Source of the DNA: Gemmatimonadales bacterium
Lineage (GTDB): Bacteria; Gemmatimonadota; Gemmatimonadetes; Gemmatimonadales; GWC2-71-9
Assembly: GCA_039794085.1 (NCBI GenBank)
Contig: JBDIWC010000006.1
Coordinates: 1-64,000, forward strand
Reading direction: 5' to 3'
DNA length: 64,000 nt
Each line of letters begins with the position of its first letter. Position 1 is the first letter of the stretch. This document shows, one piece after another, positions 48,931 through 59,181 of this stretch. The notes beneath the pieces are model-generated. The model saw only the letters and a program-made list of their open reading frames with translations. It had not been told where the DNA came from and made no database searches. The position numbers were made by a program, and so were the translations under genes.

Positions 48931-50178
48931 ATGTCCACCGACAAGCATCTGCGCTGCTCCTTCTGCGGAAAGTCCAAGGACTCGGTCCGGAAGTTCATCT
49001 CGGGTCCGTCCGTATACATCTGCAACGAGTGCATCACCCTCTGCAACGAGATCCTGGCGGAGGACGAAGAGCGGGAGGTCATCGATCGGATCACCCAGGT
49101 CCCGATCCCCGCGGAGATCAAGGCCACTCTCGATGAGTATGTGGTGGGGCAGGAACGGGCCAAGCGAACGCTGGCCGTGGCGGTCTACAATCACTACAAG
49201 CGGATCAACGCGGCCGGCAACCGGGATGGCGGCGTCGAGCTCGACAAGTCCAACATCCTTCTCATCGGCCCCACCGGGGTGGGCAAGACCCTCTTGGCCC
49301 AGACCCTCGCCCGCATCCTCGACGTGCCCTTCACCATCGCCGACGCCACGACGCTGACCGAGGCCGGCTATGTGGGGGAGGACGTGGAGAACATCCTGGT
49401 CCGGTTGCTCCAGGCCGGGGAGTTCAACGTGTCCGAGTGCGAACGCGGCATCGTCTACATCGACGAGATCGACAAGATCGCGCGGAAGAGCGAGAACCCG
49501 AGCATCACGCGCGACGTGAGCGGCGAAGGGGTCCAGCAGGCGCTTCTGAAGATCCTGGAGGGCACGGTGGCCTCCGTTCCGCCGCAGGGCGGGCGCAAGC
49601 ATCCCCAGCAGGAATACATCCAGATCAACACGAAGGACATCCTGTTCATCTGTGGCGGAGCCTTCGACGGGCTGGAGAAGATCATCGAGGCCCGGCTCGG
49701 CCGGCAGCAGATCGGGTTTGCCACCGGCGCCGACACCGACGTGGTCGAGTTCGACGCGGGGACTCCGTACGCCAACGTCGAGCCGGACGATCTCCTCCAT
49801 TTCGGTCTCATCCCGGAGCTGGTGGGCCGCCTCCCGGTGCTGGTGGCGCTGGATTCGCTCGACGAGGACGCCCTGGTGCAGATCCTGCTCGAGCCGAAGA
49901 ACGCGCTCACCAAGCAATACACCAAGCTCTTCGACATGGAGAAAGTCGGGCTGACCTTCGCCCCCGAGGCGCTGCGGGCCCTGGCGCGTCTCGCGATCAA
50001 GCGACGGACCGGGGCGCGCGGCCTTCGCGCCATCCTGGAAACGGTCATGACGGACATCATGTTCGATCTCCCGTCGCGGGATGACGTGCGCGAGGTGGTC
50101 ATCACCCCGGAATCGATCACGGAGCGCACCACGCCCCTGATCATCACGGAACGGCCGCGCGCCAAGCGCGAGGCCTGA
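48931..50178 (+). CDS. clpX: Clp protease ATP-binding subunit ClpX
   Basis: CSFCGK zinc finger, [13 protein letters not shown] and IGF loop. Confidence 0.97.
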   Translation: MSTDKHLRCSFCGKSKDSVRKFISGPSVYICNECITLCNEILAEDEEREVIDRITQVPIPAEIKATLDEYVVGQERAKRTLAVAVYNHYKRINAAGNRDGGVELDKSNILLIGPTGVGKTLLAQTLARILDVPFTIADATTLTEAGYVGEDVENILVRLLQAGEFNVSECERGIVYIDEIDKIARKSENPSITRDVSGEGVQQALLKILEGTVASVPPQGGRKHPQQEYIQINTKDILFICGGAFDGLEKIIEARLGRQQIGFATGADTDVVEFDAGTPYANVEPDDLLHFGLIPELVGRLPVLVALDSLDEDALVQILLEPKNALTKQYTKLFDMEKVGLTFAPEALRALARLAIKRRTGARGLRAILETVMTDIMFDLPSRDDVREVVITPESITERTTPLIITERPRAKREA

Positions 50179-50189
50179 ACCTCGCCGAC

Positions 50190-50819
50190 GTGGCCTTTCC
50201 TCCCTCCCGGCTGACAACCCAGGCAGTCACCTTTCGGGGCAGTTTTGCCGATCCCCGGCAGGCTCTCGACCCGGTGCTGCCGGAGGTGGCCTTTGTGGGG
50301 CGGTCCAACGTGGGCAAGTCGAGCCTGCTGAATGCCCTGGTCGGCCGGAAGCAGTTGGCCCGGGTGAGCGGCACCCCGGGCAAGACCCAGTTGATGAACG
50401 TATTTCACCTCCCCGGACTGTACCTGGTCGACCTTCCGGGCTACGGCTATGCGCGCGCGTCCCGCGACGCCCGGGCCGAGTTTCGGCGACTGGTCGACGC
50501 GTACCTGAGAACGCGGGAGACTCTGGCCGGGGTCGTGTGGCTGCTCGATGTGAGGCACCCACCTTCCGCCGAGGACCGGGCCATGCAGGAGCTGCTGATC
50601 GAGTCGGAACGGCCGATCCTCGCCGCGCTCACCAAGATCGACAAGTTCGCTCCCCGGCGGCGGCGGGAGGCGATCCTGGAGCGCAGCACGGAGCTCGGCC
50701 TCCCGCCGTCGGAGGTGCTCCCGGTGAGCAGTGAGACGGGTGAGGGTCTCGCGGATCTGGGGGAGAGTCTTCTGGCGCTGATGGACCAGTCGGTGGGAGG
50801 GATCAGCGGCCCCTCGTAG
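50190..50819 (+). CDS. yihA: GTP-binding protein YihA/EngB
   Basis: GRSNVGKSS, DLPGYG and TKID; follows clpX. Confidence 0.93.
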   Translation: MAFPPSRLTTQAVTFRGSFADPRQALDPVLPEVAFVGRSNVGKSSLLNALVGRKQLARVSGTPGKTQLMNVFHLPGLYLVDLPGYGYARASRDARAEFRRLVDAYLRTRETLAGVVWLLDVRHPPSAEDRAMQELLIESERPILAALTKIDKFAPRRRREAILERSTELGLPPSEVLPVSSETGEGLADLGESLLALMDQSVGGISGPS

Positions 50820-50905
50820 GGACTCCCCGTCGTCGACATGCCGCCTTCTCACGACAGGCCCCTGCACCCGTACACGTACCCGTACCCCGTTCAATCCCGG
50901 AACGC

Positions 50906-50930
50906 AGGGCGGCCCACGGACTGCCCCTAC
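50906..50930. repeat. GTAG-family REP-like palindrome
   Basis: AGGGCGGCCCACGGACTGCCCCTAC (reverse complement starts GTAGGGGC). Confidence 0.5.
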
Positions 50931-50935
50931 TGAAC

Positions 50936-51185
50936 AGTGAATGACCACCGCCAGAGGCGGTGGCTTCAGGGGGACATCTGGAAGAGGCTACAGGTGCGCC
51001 GATCCTGCTCCTGTGCCGCTCTTCCTCCCCCGATAGCGGACATAGTGCCGGATCACTGCCTCATCGACACCGACCGTGCTCTCAAAGTACCCCGGGGCGA
51101 AAATGATTCCCCCAAGACCAGGTCCTGGCGTAGCCGACGGTACATAACCACCGCCAAAGGCGGTGGGTTCTCCGGGGGGACTGAA
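50936..51185 (-). mobile_element. Internally deleted IS200/IS605-family element
   Basis: Subterminal hairpins CCACCGCC-NNN-GGCGGTGG at about 50945 and 51148; tnpA C-terminal remnant FAPGYFESTVGVDEAVIRHYV between them. Confidence 0.8.
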
Positions 51186-51261
51186 AACTGAACTGAAAAC
51201 CGCTTGCACTCGCCGCCGGGTGGGATAGGTTTCCGTCATCCTTCACCGGCGCCGTGCCCCC

Positions 51262-52098
51262 ATGCCCCTTAGCCCGCTTCGCACTCTCGCCCTCCCCGCC
51301 CCGGTCCAGGCCGTTCACGATCAGTGGATCGGCGATCTGGAGAGTGCCCTCTCCGCACCGGATGCCGACTGGAACCTCATTGTGCGTGACACACTGCGCG
51401 CCCTCTGGTACCCTGGCCTGTCCGATATCGAGGGGGTGATGGACGATCCCGCGACCCCGGCTCCCACCCGGGCGTCCCTCCTGGCGCTCGACCCCCGCCA
51501 CGTCACCCTGGAGCCGGAATACTACGCGGATGTGGACCTCGACAGATTCCGGCGGGTCAAGCCGCTGCTCTGGCTCTGGTACAGCTTCGATCGCAGTCCC
51601 CTCGGCGGGCAGAACGTCGATCTCGGAGTCCGGCTCCGGCGCACCCTGGCCCCCCGGATTTTCAAGCGCTGCGGACGGAACTTCAAGTGTTTTCAGCATA
51701 CGGAGTTCTCGTACGGGTACAATCTGGAAGTGGGGGACGACGTGGTGGTACACCGCCACGTCCTGCTCGACGACCGGGGCGGCATCGTCCTGGGCGACCG
51801 GGTGAGCATCGCGGATTATGCCAACATCTACAGCCACACCCACAGCATCGTGGACCAGAAGGATGTCACGACACTCCCCACCGTCCTTGAGGCGGATGTC
51901 CGGATCACCTACCATGCCACCGTGCTGGCCGGAGTGCGGGTCGGGGAGAACGGGATGGTGGGCGCGGGAGCGATGGCGACGAAGAGCGTGCGGGCCTACC
52001 ATGTGAACGTCGGGGTCCCCGCCAAGTCGGTCATGATCAAGCCCAATGCCCCCCCCTCGGCCCGCACCACGGAGCGTGTCCCTCCCCGGGATGCCTGA
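51262..52098 (+). CDS. Hexapeptide-repeat acyltransferase
   Basis: Left-handed beta-helix repeats; VLAGVRVGENGMVGAGA...GVPAK. Confidence 0.85.
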   Translation: MPLSPLRTLALPAPVQAVHDQWIGDLESALSAPDADWNLIVRDTLRALWYPGLSDIEGVMDDPATPAPTRASLLALDPRHVTLEPEYYADVDLDRFRRVKPLLWLWYSFDRSPLGGQNVDLGVRLRRTLAPRIFKRCGRNFKCFQHTEFSYGYNLEVGDDVVVHRHVLLDDRGGIVLGDRVSIADYANIYSHTHSIVDQKDVTTLPTVLEADVRITYHATVLAGVRVGENGMVGAGAMATKSVRAYHVNVGVPAKSVMIKPNAPPSARTTERVPPRDA

Positions 52099-52246
52099 GA
52101 GCCGAGGCGGGAAGCGGTTCACCCGTACGTGACACAGTCGTTGCACAGGCGTTGACACTTCGACACGGAGTCCGGGGATCTTTGCGGTCTCCGGTCGCCC
52201 CCTGTGACCGGGAGAACAACATTCCCCGATCACTCGAGGGCTCCCC

Positions 52247-55036
52247 ATGTCCGCAAACGTTCGCCTGCTCCTCCTCACCCTGTGCGCCTCGATCGTCGTC
52301 GCGCTTCCGTCACACGCCCAGAGCACCGGCCGCCTGGCCGGTCGGGTGGTCGATGCGGCTCGGGGCACCCCGCTCGCCGGGGCGCTTGTCGAGGTCGTGG
52401 GGCCAAGCCCCGAGGTCAACCGTGCTCTCACGGGAGTGGATGGCCGGTACGTGCTCCTGCACCTCTCCCCGGGAGCCGTCTCCCTCCACATTCGGATGCT
52501 GGGATATCGCCCGAAGGTCGTGACCGACGTGGCGGTGCGGGAAGGGGGCGTTACTACCCAGGACATTACGCTGGACGCGGAGTCGGTCCAGCTGGAGGAC
52601 ATCACGGTTTCCGCCGCCACCGAGCGGGGAAGCGTGGCGAGCGCCTTGAACGAACAGCGGGTCTCGGTCAATGTGGTGAATGCCGTCACGGCGGAGGAGA
52701 TCGCGCGGAGTCCCGACGGGGATGCGGCCACCGCGATGCAACGGGTGAGCGGGGTGTCGGTGCAGGACGGGAGATATGTCTCCGTGCGCGGGATGGGACA
52801 GCGCTACACGGTGGCGTCCTTGAACGGGACTCGCCTCCCCTCGATGGAGCCGGAGCGAAAGGTCGTGCCGCTGGATCTGTACCCCGCGAGCATGATCGAG
52901 GGGATCACCACGGCCAAGACCTTCACCCCCGACCGGTCGGGCGATTTCAGTGGCGGGGAAGTCAACATCGTGACCCGGAGCTTCCCGGCGGAGCGGCGGT
53001 TTTCCGTGAGTGCCGGCAGTGGGGTCAACAGCCGCGCCACGGGCCAGCTGCTCCCGCGAGCCCGTCGAACCGGCCGGGAATGGCTGGCCTTCGGATCGGA
53101 CCAGCGCTCCCTGCCCTCGATCGTGCGCGATGCGGGAAGCTTCAGCACCCAGCCCTCCCAGGAGGCGATCAACCAGATGGTGGGTTCCTTCCGGAACTCC
53201 TGGTCTCCCCGGCGCGATCGGGGGGAGCCGGCCTCCTCCTTCGGTGTGTCCCTGGGGGGCAAGGATCCGGTGTTCGGCCAGGATGTCGGGTACCTCGCCT
53301 CCTTTTCCTACAACCGCACGCATGATATCGACGACGGGCAGATTCGCGCCAACGCCATCGTGGGAGACACGCCGGGCACCCAGCGCGAGGTCGACATGTT
53401 CGAGGGTACCACCGGGCGGGAGAGTGTCCTCTGGGGAGGCATGGTGGCCCTCAGCACGGACGTGGCCCCCGGCTCCCGCCTCTCCCTCAACACGACCTAC
53501 AACCGGTCGGCGGATAGCGAGGGCCGACGGGAAATCGGGGAAAGCGAGAACCTCGGAGGGCGCTTCGAGGTGCTGCGCCAGCGGTATGTCGAGCGCTCGA
53601 CGCTGTCCGGCCAGCTGGGTGGCGAGCACCGATTCGGCCTGCGCCATCAACTCGACTGGAAGGTCACCGCCTCCCGGGTGACCCGGGACGAGCCCGACCG
53701 CAGCGAATTCGTGTTTCAGCTCGACACCGATCCCTTCGGCGGCCCGCTTCCCCCGGCCTGGTTCAGCATCTCCAACGAGGGGGCGGTGCGGACCTTCGCG
53801 GAATTGGCCGAGGAGAGCGTTCAGGCCGCCGTGGACTACCGGGTGGTTTTCGGCCCCCTCGATCGCCCCCATGCGTTCAAGGTGGGCGGTCTCGTTCGCC
53901 GGACCACCCGGGATGCCGACAACCGGGTCTTCAGTCTGTCCGCTTCCCTGGACCGCGCCAGTCGCGAGCTCTCGCCCGAGGAGATCTTCGACGGACGGTT
54001 TTCCCAGCCGGGAAGCTCCGTGTTCCGTATCACTCCGCTGAGTCAGGGTGGATCCTACTCCGCCGAGGATGATCTCTTCGCCGGTTATGCCATGGTTCAG
54101 CTCTTCCCCTCCGAACGGGTGGAGATCGTGGGCGGGGCTCGTTTCGAGCGTTCCGAAGTGTCCGTGACGACACAGCCGACGGTCGGCGAAAATGTCACGA
54201 CCCGTCCCACCTTCACGGACGTGCTCCCCGGGGTTGCCGTGAACATCAGTCTCAACGACCGCCAGGTGCTGCGCCTCGCGGGATCACAGACCCTTTCCCG
54301 CCCCGAATACCGGGAATTGGCACCGGTTCAATTCCGGGAGGTTCTGGGAGGGGACAACATCCTGGGCAACCCCGATCTCGTCCGGACCCTGATCCGGAAT
54401 GCCGATATCCGGTGGGAGTTCTATCCCCGGCCGACGGAGGTGATCAGCATCGCGGCCTTCGGCAAGTGGTTCGACGACCCCATCGAGCAGGTCTTCCTCG
54501 GCACGTCCGGGACCCGGCTCATCAGCTTCCTGAATGCGGAATCGGGCCGGAACTTCGGGGTGGAGCTCGAACTGAGGAAGAATCTCGATCTCCTGGGTGA
54601 GTCCTTCCGCCCCTGGTCGTTCTTCGGCAACGCGACGTTCATGAACAGCCGGGTGACGGTGGCGGGGAACCAGGGTCTGGCCGCGTTGCTCAACGACGAC
54701 CGGGCGATGGTGGGTCAGGCCCCCTACGTGGTCAATGCCGGCCTGACGTGGACATCCCCCTCGTCGCAGTGGGCGGGATCGGTTCTGTACAACGTCGTGG
54801 GTCGCCGCATCTTCAGTGTCGGAGAGAGCCCCCTTCCCAACGTGTTCGAGGAAGCCCGCAACGTGGTGGATGTGTCCCTTCGCTTCCCGATGCCGGGGGC
54901 CCTGAGCGGCCGGATCGACGCGAAGAACCTGCTCGATGCCTCGGCCCAGCTCACCCAGGGGTCCGTAACCAAGCAGTTCAGCCGGAGCGGGCGCCAGTTC
55001 TCGGTGGGGTTCAGCTGGGTTCCCTCCGGCTCGTGA
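52247..55036 (+). CDS. TonB-dependent receptor with N-terminal carboxypeptidase-regulatory-like domain
   Basis: Signal peptide; plug motifs RVSGVSV, VRGMGQRY and VPLDL; GNPDL; barrel C-terminus. Confidence 0.92.
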   Translation: MSANVRLLLLTLCASIVVALPSHAQSTGRLAGRVVDAARGTPLAGALVEVVGPSPEVNRALTGVDGRYVLLHLSPGAVSLHIRMLGYRPKVVTDVAVREGGVTTQDITLDAESVQLEDITVSAATERGSVASALNEQRVSVNVVNAVTAEEIARSPDGDAATAMQRVSGVSVQDGRYVSVRGMGQRYTVASLNGTRLPSMEPERKVVPLDLYPASMIEGITTAKTFTPDRSGDFSGGEVNIVTRSFPAERRFSVSAGSGVNSRATGQLLPRARRTGREWLAFGSDQRSLPSIVRDAGSFSTQPSQEAINQMVGSFRNSWSPRRDRGEPASSFGVSLGGKDPVFGQDVGYLASFSYNRTHDIDDGQIRANAIVGDTPGTQREVDMFEGTTGRESVLWGGMVALSTDVAPGSRLSLNTTYNRSADSEGRREIGESENLGGRFEVLRQRYVERSTLSGQLGGEHRFGLRHQLDWKVTASRVTRDEPDRSEFVFQLDTDPFGGPLPPAWFSISNEGAVRTFAELAEESVQAAVDYRVVFGPLDRPHAFKVGGLVRRTTRDADNRVFSLSASLDRASRELSPEEIFDGRFSQPGSSVFRITPLSQGGSYSAEDDLFAGYAMVQLFPSERVEIVGGARFERSEVSVTTQPTVGENVTTRPTFTDVLPGVAVNISLNDRQVLRLAGSQTLSRPEYRELAPVQFREVLGGDNILGNPDLVRTLIRNADIRWEFYPRPTEVISIAAFGKWFDDPIEQVFLGTSGTRLISFLNAESGRNFGVELELRKNLDLLGESFRPWSFFGNATFMNSRVTVAGNQGLAALLNDDRAMVGQAPYVVNAGLTWTSPSSQWAGSVLYNVVGRRIFSVGESPLPNVFEEARNVVDVSLRFPMPGALSGRIDAKNLLDASAQLTQGSVTKQFSRSGRQFSVGFSWVPSGS

Positions 55037-55171
55037 CCGAGCTGTGACAGGAGCGACGCCGGGGTGTCGCCCGGGGTGCCGAGGTTTCGGGTGCCTCGGG
55101 CGACGTGTCCTGAGGCCGGGAAGCCCGCGACGCACCCGTTCACCGACTTCAGCTCAAAGGACCCTGGGACA

Positions 55172-56887
55172 ATGTTGCAGACCCTCTTCCGCACGACCCG
55201 CTGGATCCCCGCCGGCCTGGTGGTCCTGGTGGCCGCCTGCAGTGACGATGACGGACCGGGGACCAACCCGACACCTCCCCCCCCCGCGATTCCTCTCGTG
55301 GCCCCCGCCGGAGTGAACGCCACCGCGGCGTCGGCCACCGCGATCACCGTCTCGTTCACTCCCTCAGCGGGCGCCACGACCCACCGGGTTGAGCGGGCCC
55401 AGGGCGCAGGTGGCACCTTTTCGCAGGCGGGCACGACCACAGCCAGCCCCTTCAACGACACGGGGCTGACTCCCTCCACCCTGTATCGCTACCGGGTTGT
55501 GGCTGTGCGGGGCACCGAAGAGGCCGCGTCCGGTGAGGTGCAGGCCACCACCCAGGCACTGCAGCCGGGCTCGAGCGTCGTGGAGGTCTCGTCCGACATC
55601 ACCACCAACACGACGTGGACGGCCAACAACACCTACCTCTTGAAGGGGTTCATTCACGTGGCCAACGGCGCCACCCTCACGATTGAGCCGGGCACGGTCA
55701 TTCAGGGCGACTTCAACACCCTGGGATCCTCGTTGTTTGTCTTGCGCGGATCGAAGATCATCGCCAACGGCACGGCGGCTCAGCCCATCGTCTTCACGAG
55801 CTCGCAGCCGGTGGGGCAGCGGCAGGCCGGAGACTGGGGGGGATTGATCCTTGTGGGGAACGGGATCATCAATCGCGCCGCCCCGGTCATTCTCGAAGGG
55901 ACGGGAACCAATGCCAGCAACTTTGCGATCGACTATGCGGGAGGGACTGACAACACGGACAACAGCGGAAGCCTCCGCTTCGTGCGGGTGGAATTCGCCG
56001 GATTCGGACCCGCGCCGGACGCCGAGCTCAACACCTTCACCTTCGCCGCGGTCGGATCAGGTACGGTACTGGAGAATCTTCAGTCTCTGAACGGTCTGGA
56101 TGATTCATTTGAGTGGTTCGGTGGCGCGGTCGACGGGAAGAACCTGGTGAGTTACAACTCCGGTGATGACCACTTCGACATGTCCGAGGGGTACGTGGGC
56201 CGTCTCCAGTTCCTGATCGCGTATCAGAGCCGCACGGTAGTGCCCCGGCCCACGGCGGGGAACATCTCCGGCGATCCCCAAGGATTTGAGAACGACGGGT
56301 GCGCCGGGGCGAACTGCACCAATGGCCAGAACTCACTCCCACTGAACGCTCCCCTGGTGGCGAACTTCACCCTGGTCGGTCCTCCGAGCACGGTCACCAG
56401 TTCCTCGGGCGGGATCGGCATGATGCTCCGCCGCGGGACGGCAGGAGTCTACATCAACGGGGTCACCGCCCGCTGGAGCCGGGCCGGGATCAGTCTCCGG
56501 GATCAGAGCACACTGGATCGCATCACCTCGGGCGAGCTTCGGGTGTCGAACGTGGCCGTGGCCGAATCCCCGGTTATCTTCCAGCCCCAGACGGGTACGA
56601 CGGTGCAGGGCACGGTGAACACCGGCACCAACAGCATTCAGGACCTTCTGGCGACCCCGGCGGGAACGCTGTTCACCGCCTTGCCCGGCTCGGAACCGGC
56701 GGGACCGGCCGACCTCGACTGGAGTCCGTCCGCGGGGAGCCCCCTCACGACCGGCGGTCTCTCCATCTTCACGGGTCCCCTCGCCACCAAGGCCGGGACG
56801 TTCGTTCAGCCGACGGCCTACCGGGGCGCCGCGGGTCCGGGCCTGCCGAAGTGGTGGTCGGGATGGACCAACTTCGCGGTCAATTGA
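55172..56887 (+). CDS. Lipoprotein with FN3 domain and parallel beta-helix-like repeats
   Basis: Lipobox LVAAC; DTGLTPSTLYRYRV (FN3); GDWGGL, DDSFEWFGG and DDHFD. Confidence 0.82.
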   Translation: MLQTLFRTTRWIPAGLVVLVAACSDDDGPGTNPTPPPPAIPLVAPAGVNATAASATAITVSFTPSAGATTHRVERAQGAGGTFSQAGTTTASPFNDTGLTPSTLYRYRVVAVRGTEEAASGEVQATTQALQPGSSVVEVSSDITTNTTWTANNTYLLKGFIHVANGATLTIEPGTVIQGDFNTLGSSLFVLRGSKIIANGTAAQPIVFTSSQPVGQRQAGDWGGLILVGNGIINRAAPVILEGTGTNASNFAIDYAGGTDNTDNSGSLRFVRVEFAGFGPAPDAELNTFTFAAVGSGTVLENLQSLNGLDDSFEWFGGAVDGKNLVSYNSGDDHFDMSEGYVGRLQFLIAYQSRTVVPRPTAGNISGDPQGFENDGCAGANCTNGQNSLPLNAPLVANFTLVGPPSTVTSSSGGIGMMLRRGTAGVYINGVTARWSRAGISLRDQSTLDRITSGELRVSNVAVAESPVIFQPQTGTTVQGTVNTGTNSIQDLLATPAGTLFTALPGSEPAGPADLDWSPSAGSPLTTGGLSIFTGPLATKAGTFVQPTAYRGAAGPGLPKWWSGWTNFAVN

Positions 56888-56907
56888 GACTTTCCGTTCC
56901 CTCATCC

Positions 56908-56945
56908 GTGCTGCCGGTGTCTCCCTCGGGGGGCACCGGCAGTAC
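56908..56945 (+). terminator. GC-rich hairpin after the lipoprotein gene
   Basis: GTGCTGCCGGTGTCTCC/GGGGGCACCGGCAGTAC stem with G-U pairs; no U-tract. Confidence 0.45.
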
Positions 56946-57579
56946 CGTCGGGGTCCCGGACCTGCGGCATGCACGAGCTGCCCTGTGGGCCCTGTTTCTG
57001 ATGGCGGGCTGCCACTCGGCTCCGCAGGCGAGGCTGGAGGAGGAGGCACTGGCAGCCGAAGCCACCCCCACGACCACTCGGATCGTGGACAGCATCCTTC
57101 CTCTCGAGGAGGAGATTCGGCGGTTCACCAACACCTCGCCCCCTCTTCTTCACTTGTCCAATGGAGCCCCCAGCCGAGAGGAGCTCGTGGAGCAGTGGGT
57201 GGCCGCCATTGAAACGCGGGACTCGGCGGCCCTGGGCCGGCTGCACGTCACTCCGGGCGAATTCATCGGTCTCTATTATCCGAACTCCGTCTACACCTCA
57301 CCCCCCTATCGGCAGAGTCCCTCTCTGGTCTGGTTCCGCATGGTCAACTCGTCGAGTCGGGGTTCCACGAGAGTGATGCAGCGCCATGGGGGTCACCCCT
57401 TCCCTCTCCGCGGACTCCGGTGCGAGGAAGCCCCGATGCCCCGCGGCCCCATCCGGGTCTGGTCCCCCTGCCTGGTTCAACGAGAAGGGGATTCCACGGC
57501 GCCGGACCAGCGCCTCTTTGGTCCGATCCTCGAGCACGAGGGCCGATTCAAGTTCCTGACCTACGACTCGGAGTACTGA
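56908..57579 (+). CDS. Hypothetical lipoprotein (start uncertain)
   Basis: LMAGC lipobox; coherent ORF ending RLFGPILEHEGRFKFLTY. Confidence 0.65.
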   Translation: MLPVSPSGGTGSTVGVPDLRHARAALWALFLMAGCHSAPQARLEEEALAAEATPTTTRIVDSILPLEEEIRRFTNTSPPLLHLSNGAPSREELVEQWVAAIETRDSAALGRLHVTPGEFIGLYYPNSVYTSPPYRQSPSLVWFRMVNSSSRGSTRVMQRHGGHPFPLRGLRCEEAPMPRGPIRVWSPCLVQREGDSTAPDQRLFGPILEHEGRFKFLTYDSEY

Positions 57580-58271
57580 GCAGGAACGGAGGACGCCCTC
57601 CCCTCGGAACCCTCCTTGCGCACGACCCAAGTGGTCATGCTCCGCAGCTGGTCGACGAGAGTGGTCTTGAGGGGGTCGAGGAGACACCCCCCGAGAGCGG
57701 CAGTCGTGTCGTGCAGGAAGGGTGCGTCGACCAGAAAGCGAGTGGATCCATCCGGGAGGCGAAACCAGCGACCTCCCAGCGGATCGAGCTGGTCCTGCAT
57801 CCCGATCGTCGAAGCCAGTCGGCAGAACAGCATCCCTCCCGGCCGCAGGACCCGCCAGAGCTCCCGGACCGCGCGGTGGAAGGCGTCCTCGTCCGGGGAG
57901 AAGTGCAGGAGCGCGTTCGCGATCACGACGTCGAACCTGTCAGCTGGAAACGGGATTGCCTCGATGGAGGCGAGTTGGAAGTTGTCGGGGGACAGGGATG
58001 GCGCGTGCCTTGCCGCCAGGGCCCGAACCACCCGCACGGATTCCTCCGATGTGTCCACGCCCCAGGCGACGTATCCCGCTCTCAGGAAGTATTCCAGGTT
58101 GCGCCCCGTGCCCATCCCCGCGTCGAGCAGGCTCATGCCCGGCGTGATCCGCCCCCGCAGCAGCTGGTCGAGGAGGTAGATGTCGACGCCCCCCAGGGTG
58201 GAGAGCCATCCCCCTGGATCGGGATGGACCGGATTTCCCCCCGACGCGGGGGCGCTATCCCTTCCTGGCAT
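57561..58271 (-). CDS. Class I SAM-dependent methyltransferase
   Basis: LLDAGMGTGRN, FDVVIANALLHF and RVLRPGG. Confidence 0.9.
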   Translation of the reverse strand: MPGRDSAPASGGNPVHPDPGGWLSTLGGVDIYLLDQLLRGRITPGMSLLDAGMGTGRNLEYFLRAGYVAWGVDTSEESVRVVRALAARHAPSLSPDNFQLASIEAIPFPADRFDVVIANALLHFSPDEDAFHRAVRELWRVLRPGGMLFCRLASTIGMQDQLDPLGGRWFRLPDGSTRFLVDAPFLHDTTAALGGCLLDPLKTTLVDQLRSMTTWVVRKEGSEGRASSVPAQYSES

Positions 58272-59172
58272 GCGAGTCCGCCTGATGTCCGGTGACCGGA
58301 GGAACCCCGACGAGTTCGACCGTCGTGGACCCGAGCTGCACCCGACCCGCCGTGTTATCGATCGCGTTCAGCACGGCCTCGTACAACTGATCCTTAGTCC
58401 CGCGGCGACTGCGGTAGTCGACGGGGTACCGGATCGTGTAGGACAACCAATTGTCGGTGGCCACCAGAGTCACGAAGGGGATCAGCCGCGCCGGTTCAAT
58501 CCGATACCGCATGACCAACTCGGCCCAGGCGCCCGCAGCCGACTCAGCATAGGCCCCCGTCACCGCACTCGCCGTCTCCTCCAGGATACTCCTGGCAAGC
58601 ACACGATCCGAACGATAGCTGATGGGCAGAACAATCTCGTCCCAGAGAAAGGGAAAATCCGCGCTGTAGTTGAAGACAGGCTCCTTGAACACGAAGCTGT
58701 TGGCGACCCGCACGATCCGCCCGTTGTACAGATCGCCATCGACCCAATCCCCGCACTCCATGAGCGTGGTGCGAAGGATTCCAATGTCGATGACGTCCCC
58801 CCGGATGCCCCCGAGCCGGACGCGATCCCCCACGCGGAAGAAACCACCCGCCAGCACGGCCACCCACCCCGCCACACTCGCAATCACCTCTTGCAGGGCA
58901 AAGGCCACACCAGCCCCGGCCACCCCAAATGCGACGGTCAGTCCTCCCAATCGATCACTGAGCCCCTCGGCGATGTAGATGGCTGCCACCGTATACCCAA
59001 GAAGGATCACGAGCTTTCTGGTTCGATATCGTCCGTCCACGTCCTGGATTCGCGGGGTCAGGCGGCGAGTGACCACCCACACGGCGGCGTAGATGACAAC
59101 CAGGCCGATCAGGATGCGCAGCAGTCGCAGGCTCAGCGGATTGGTCAGCCAGGGGGGCAACCCATCAAGCAT
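58255..59172 (-). CDS. mscS: Small-conductance mechanosensitive channel
   Basis: GVAGAGVAFALQ pore helix; FRVGDRV; GDVIDIG.LRT. Confidence 0.92.
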   Translation of the reverse strand: MLDGLPPWLTNPLSLRLLRILIGLVVIYAAVWVVTRRLTPRIQDVDGRYRTRKLVILLGYTVAAIYIAEGLSDRLGGLTVAFGVAGAGVAFALQEVIASVAGWVAVLAGGFFRVGDRVRLGGIRGDVIDIGILRTTLMECGDWVDGDLYNGRIVRVANSFVFKEPVFNYSADFPFLWDEIVLPISYRSDRVLARSILEETASAVTGAYAESAAGAWAELVMRYRIEPARLIPFVTLVATDNWLSYTIRYPVDYRSRRGTKDQLYEAVLNAIDNTAGRVQLGSTTVELVGVPPVTGHQADSHARKG

Positions 59173-59181
59173 CAGGAAACC

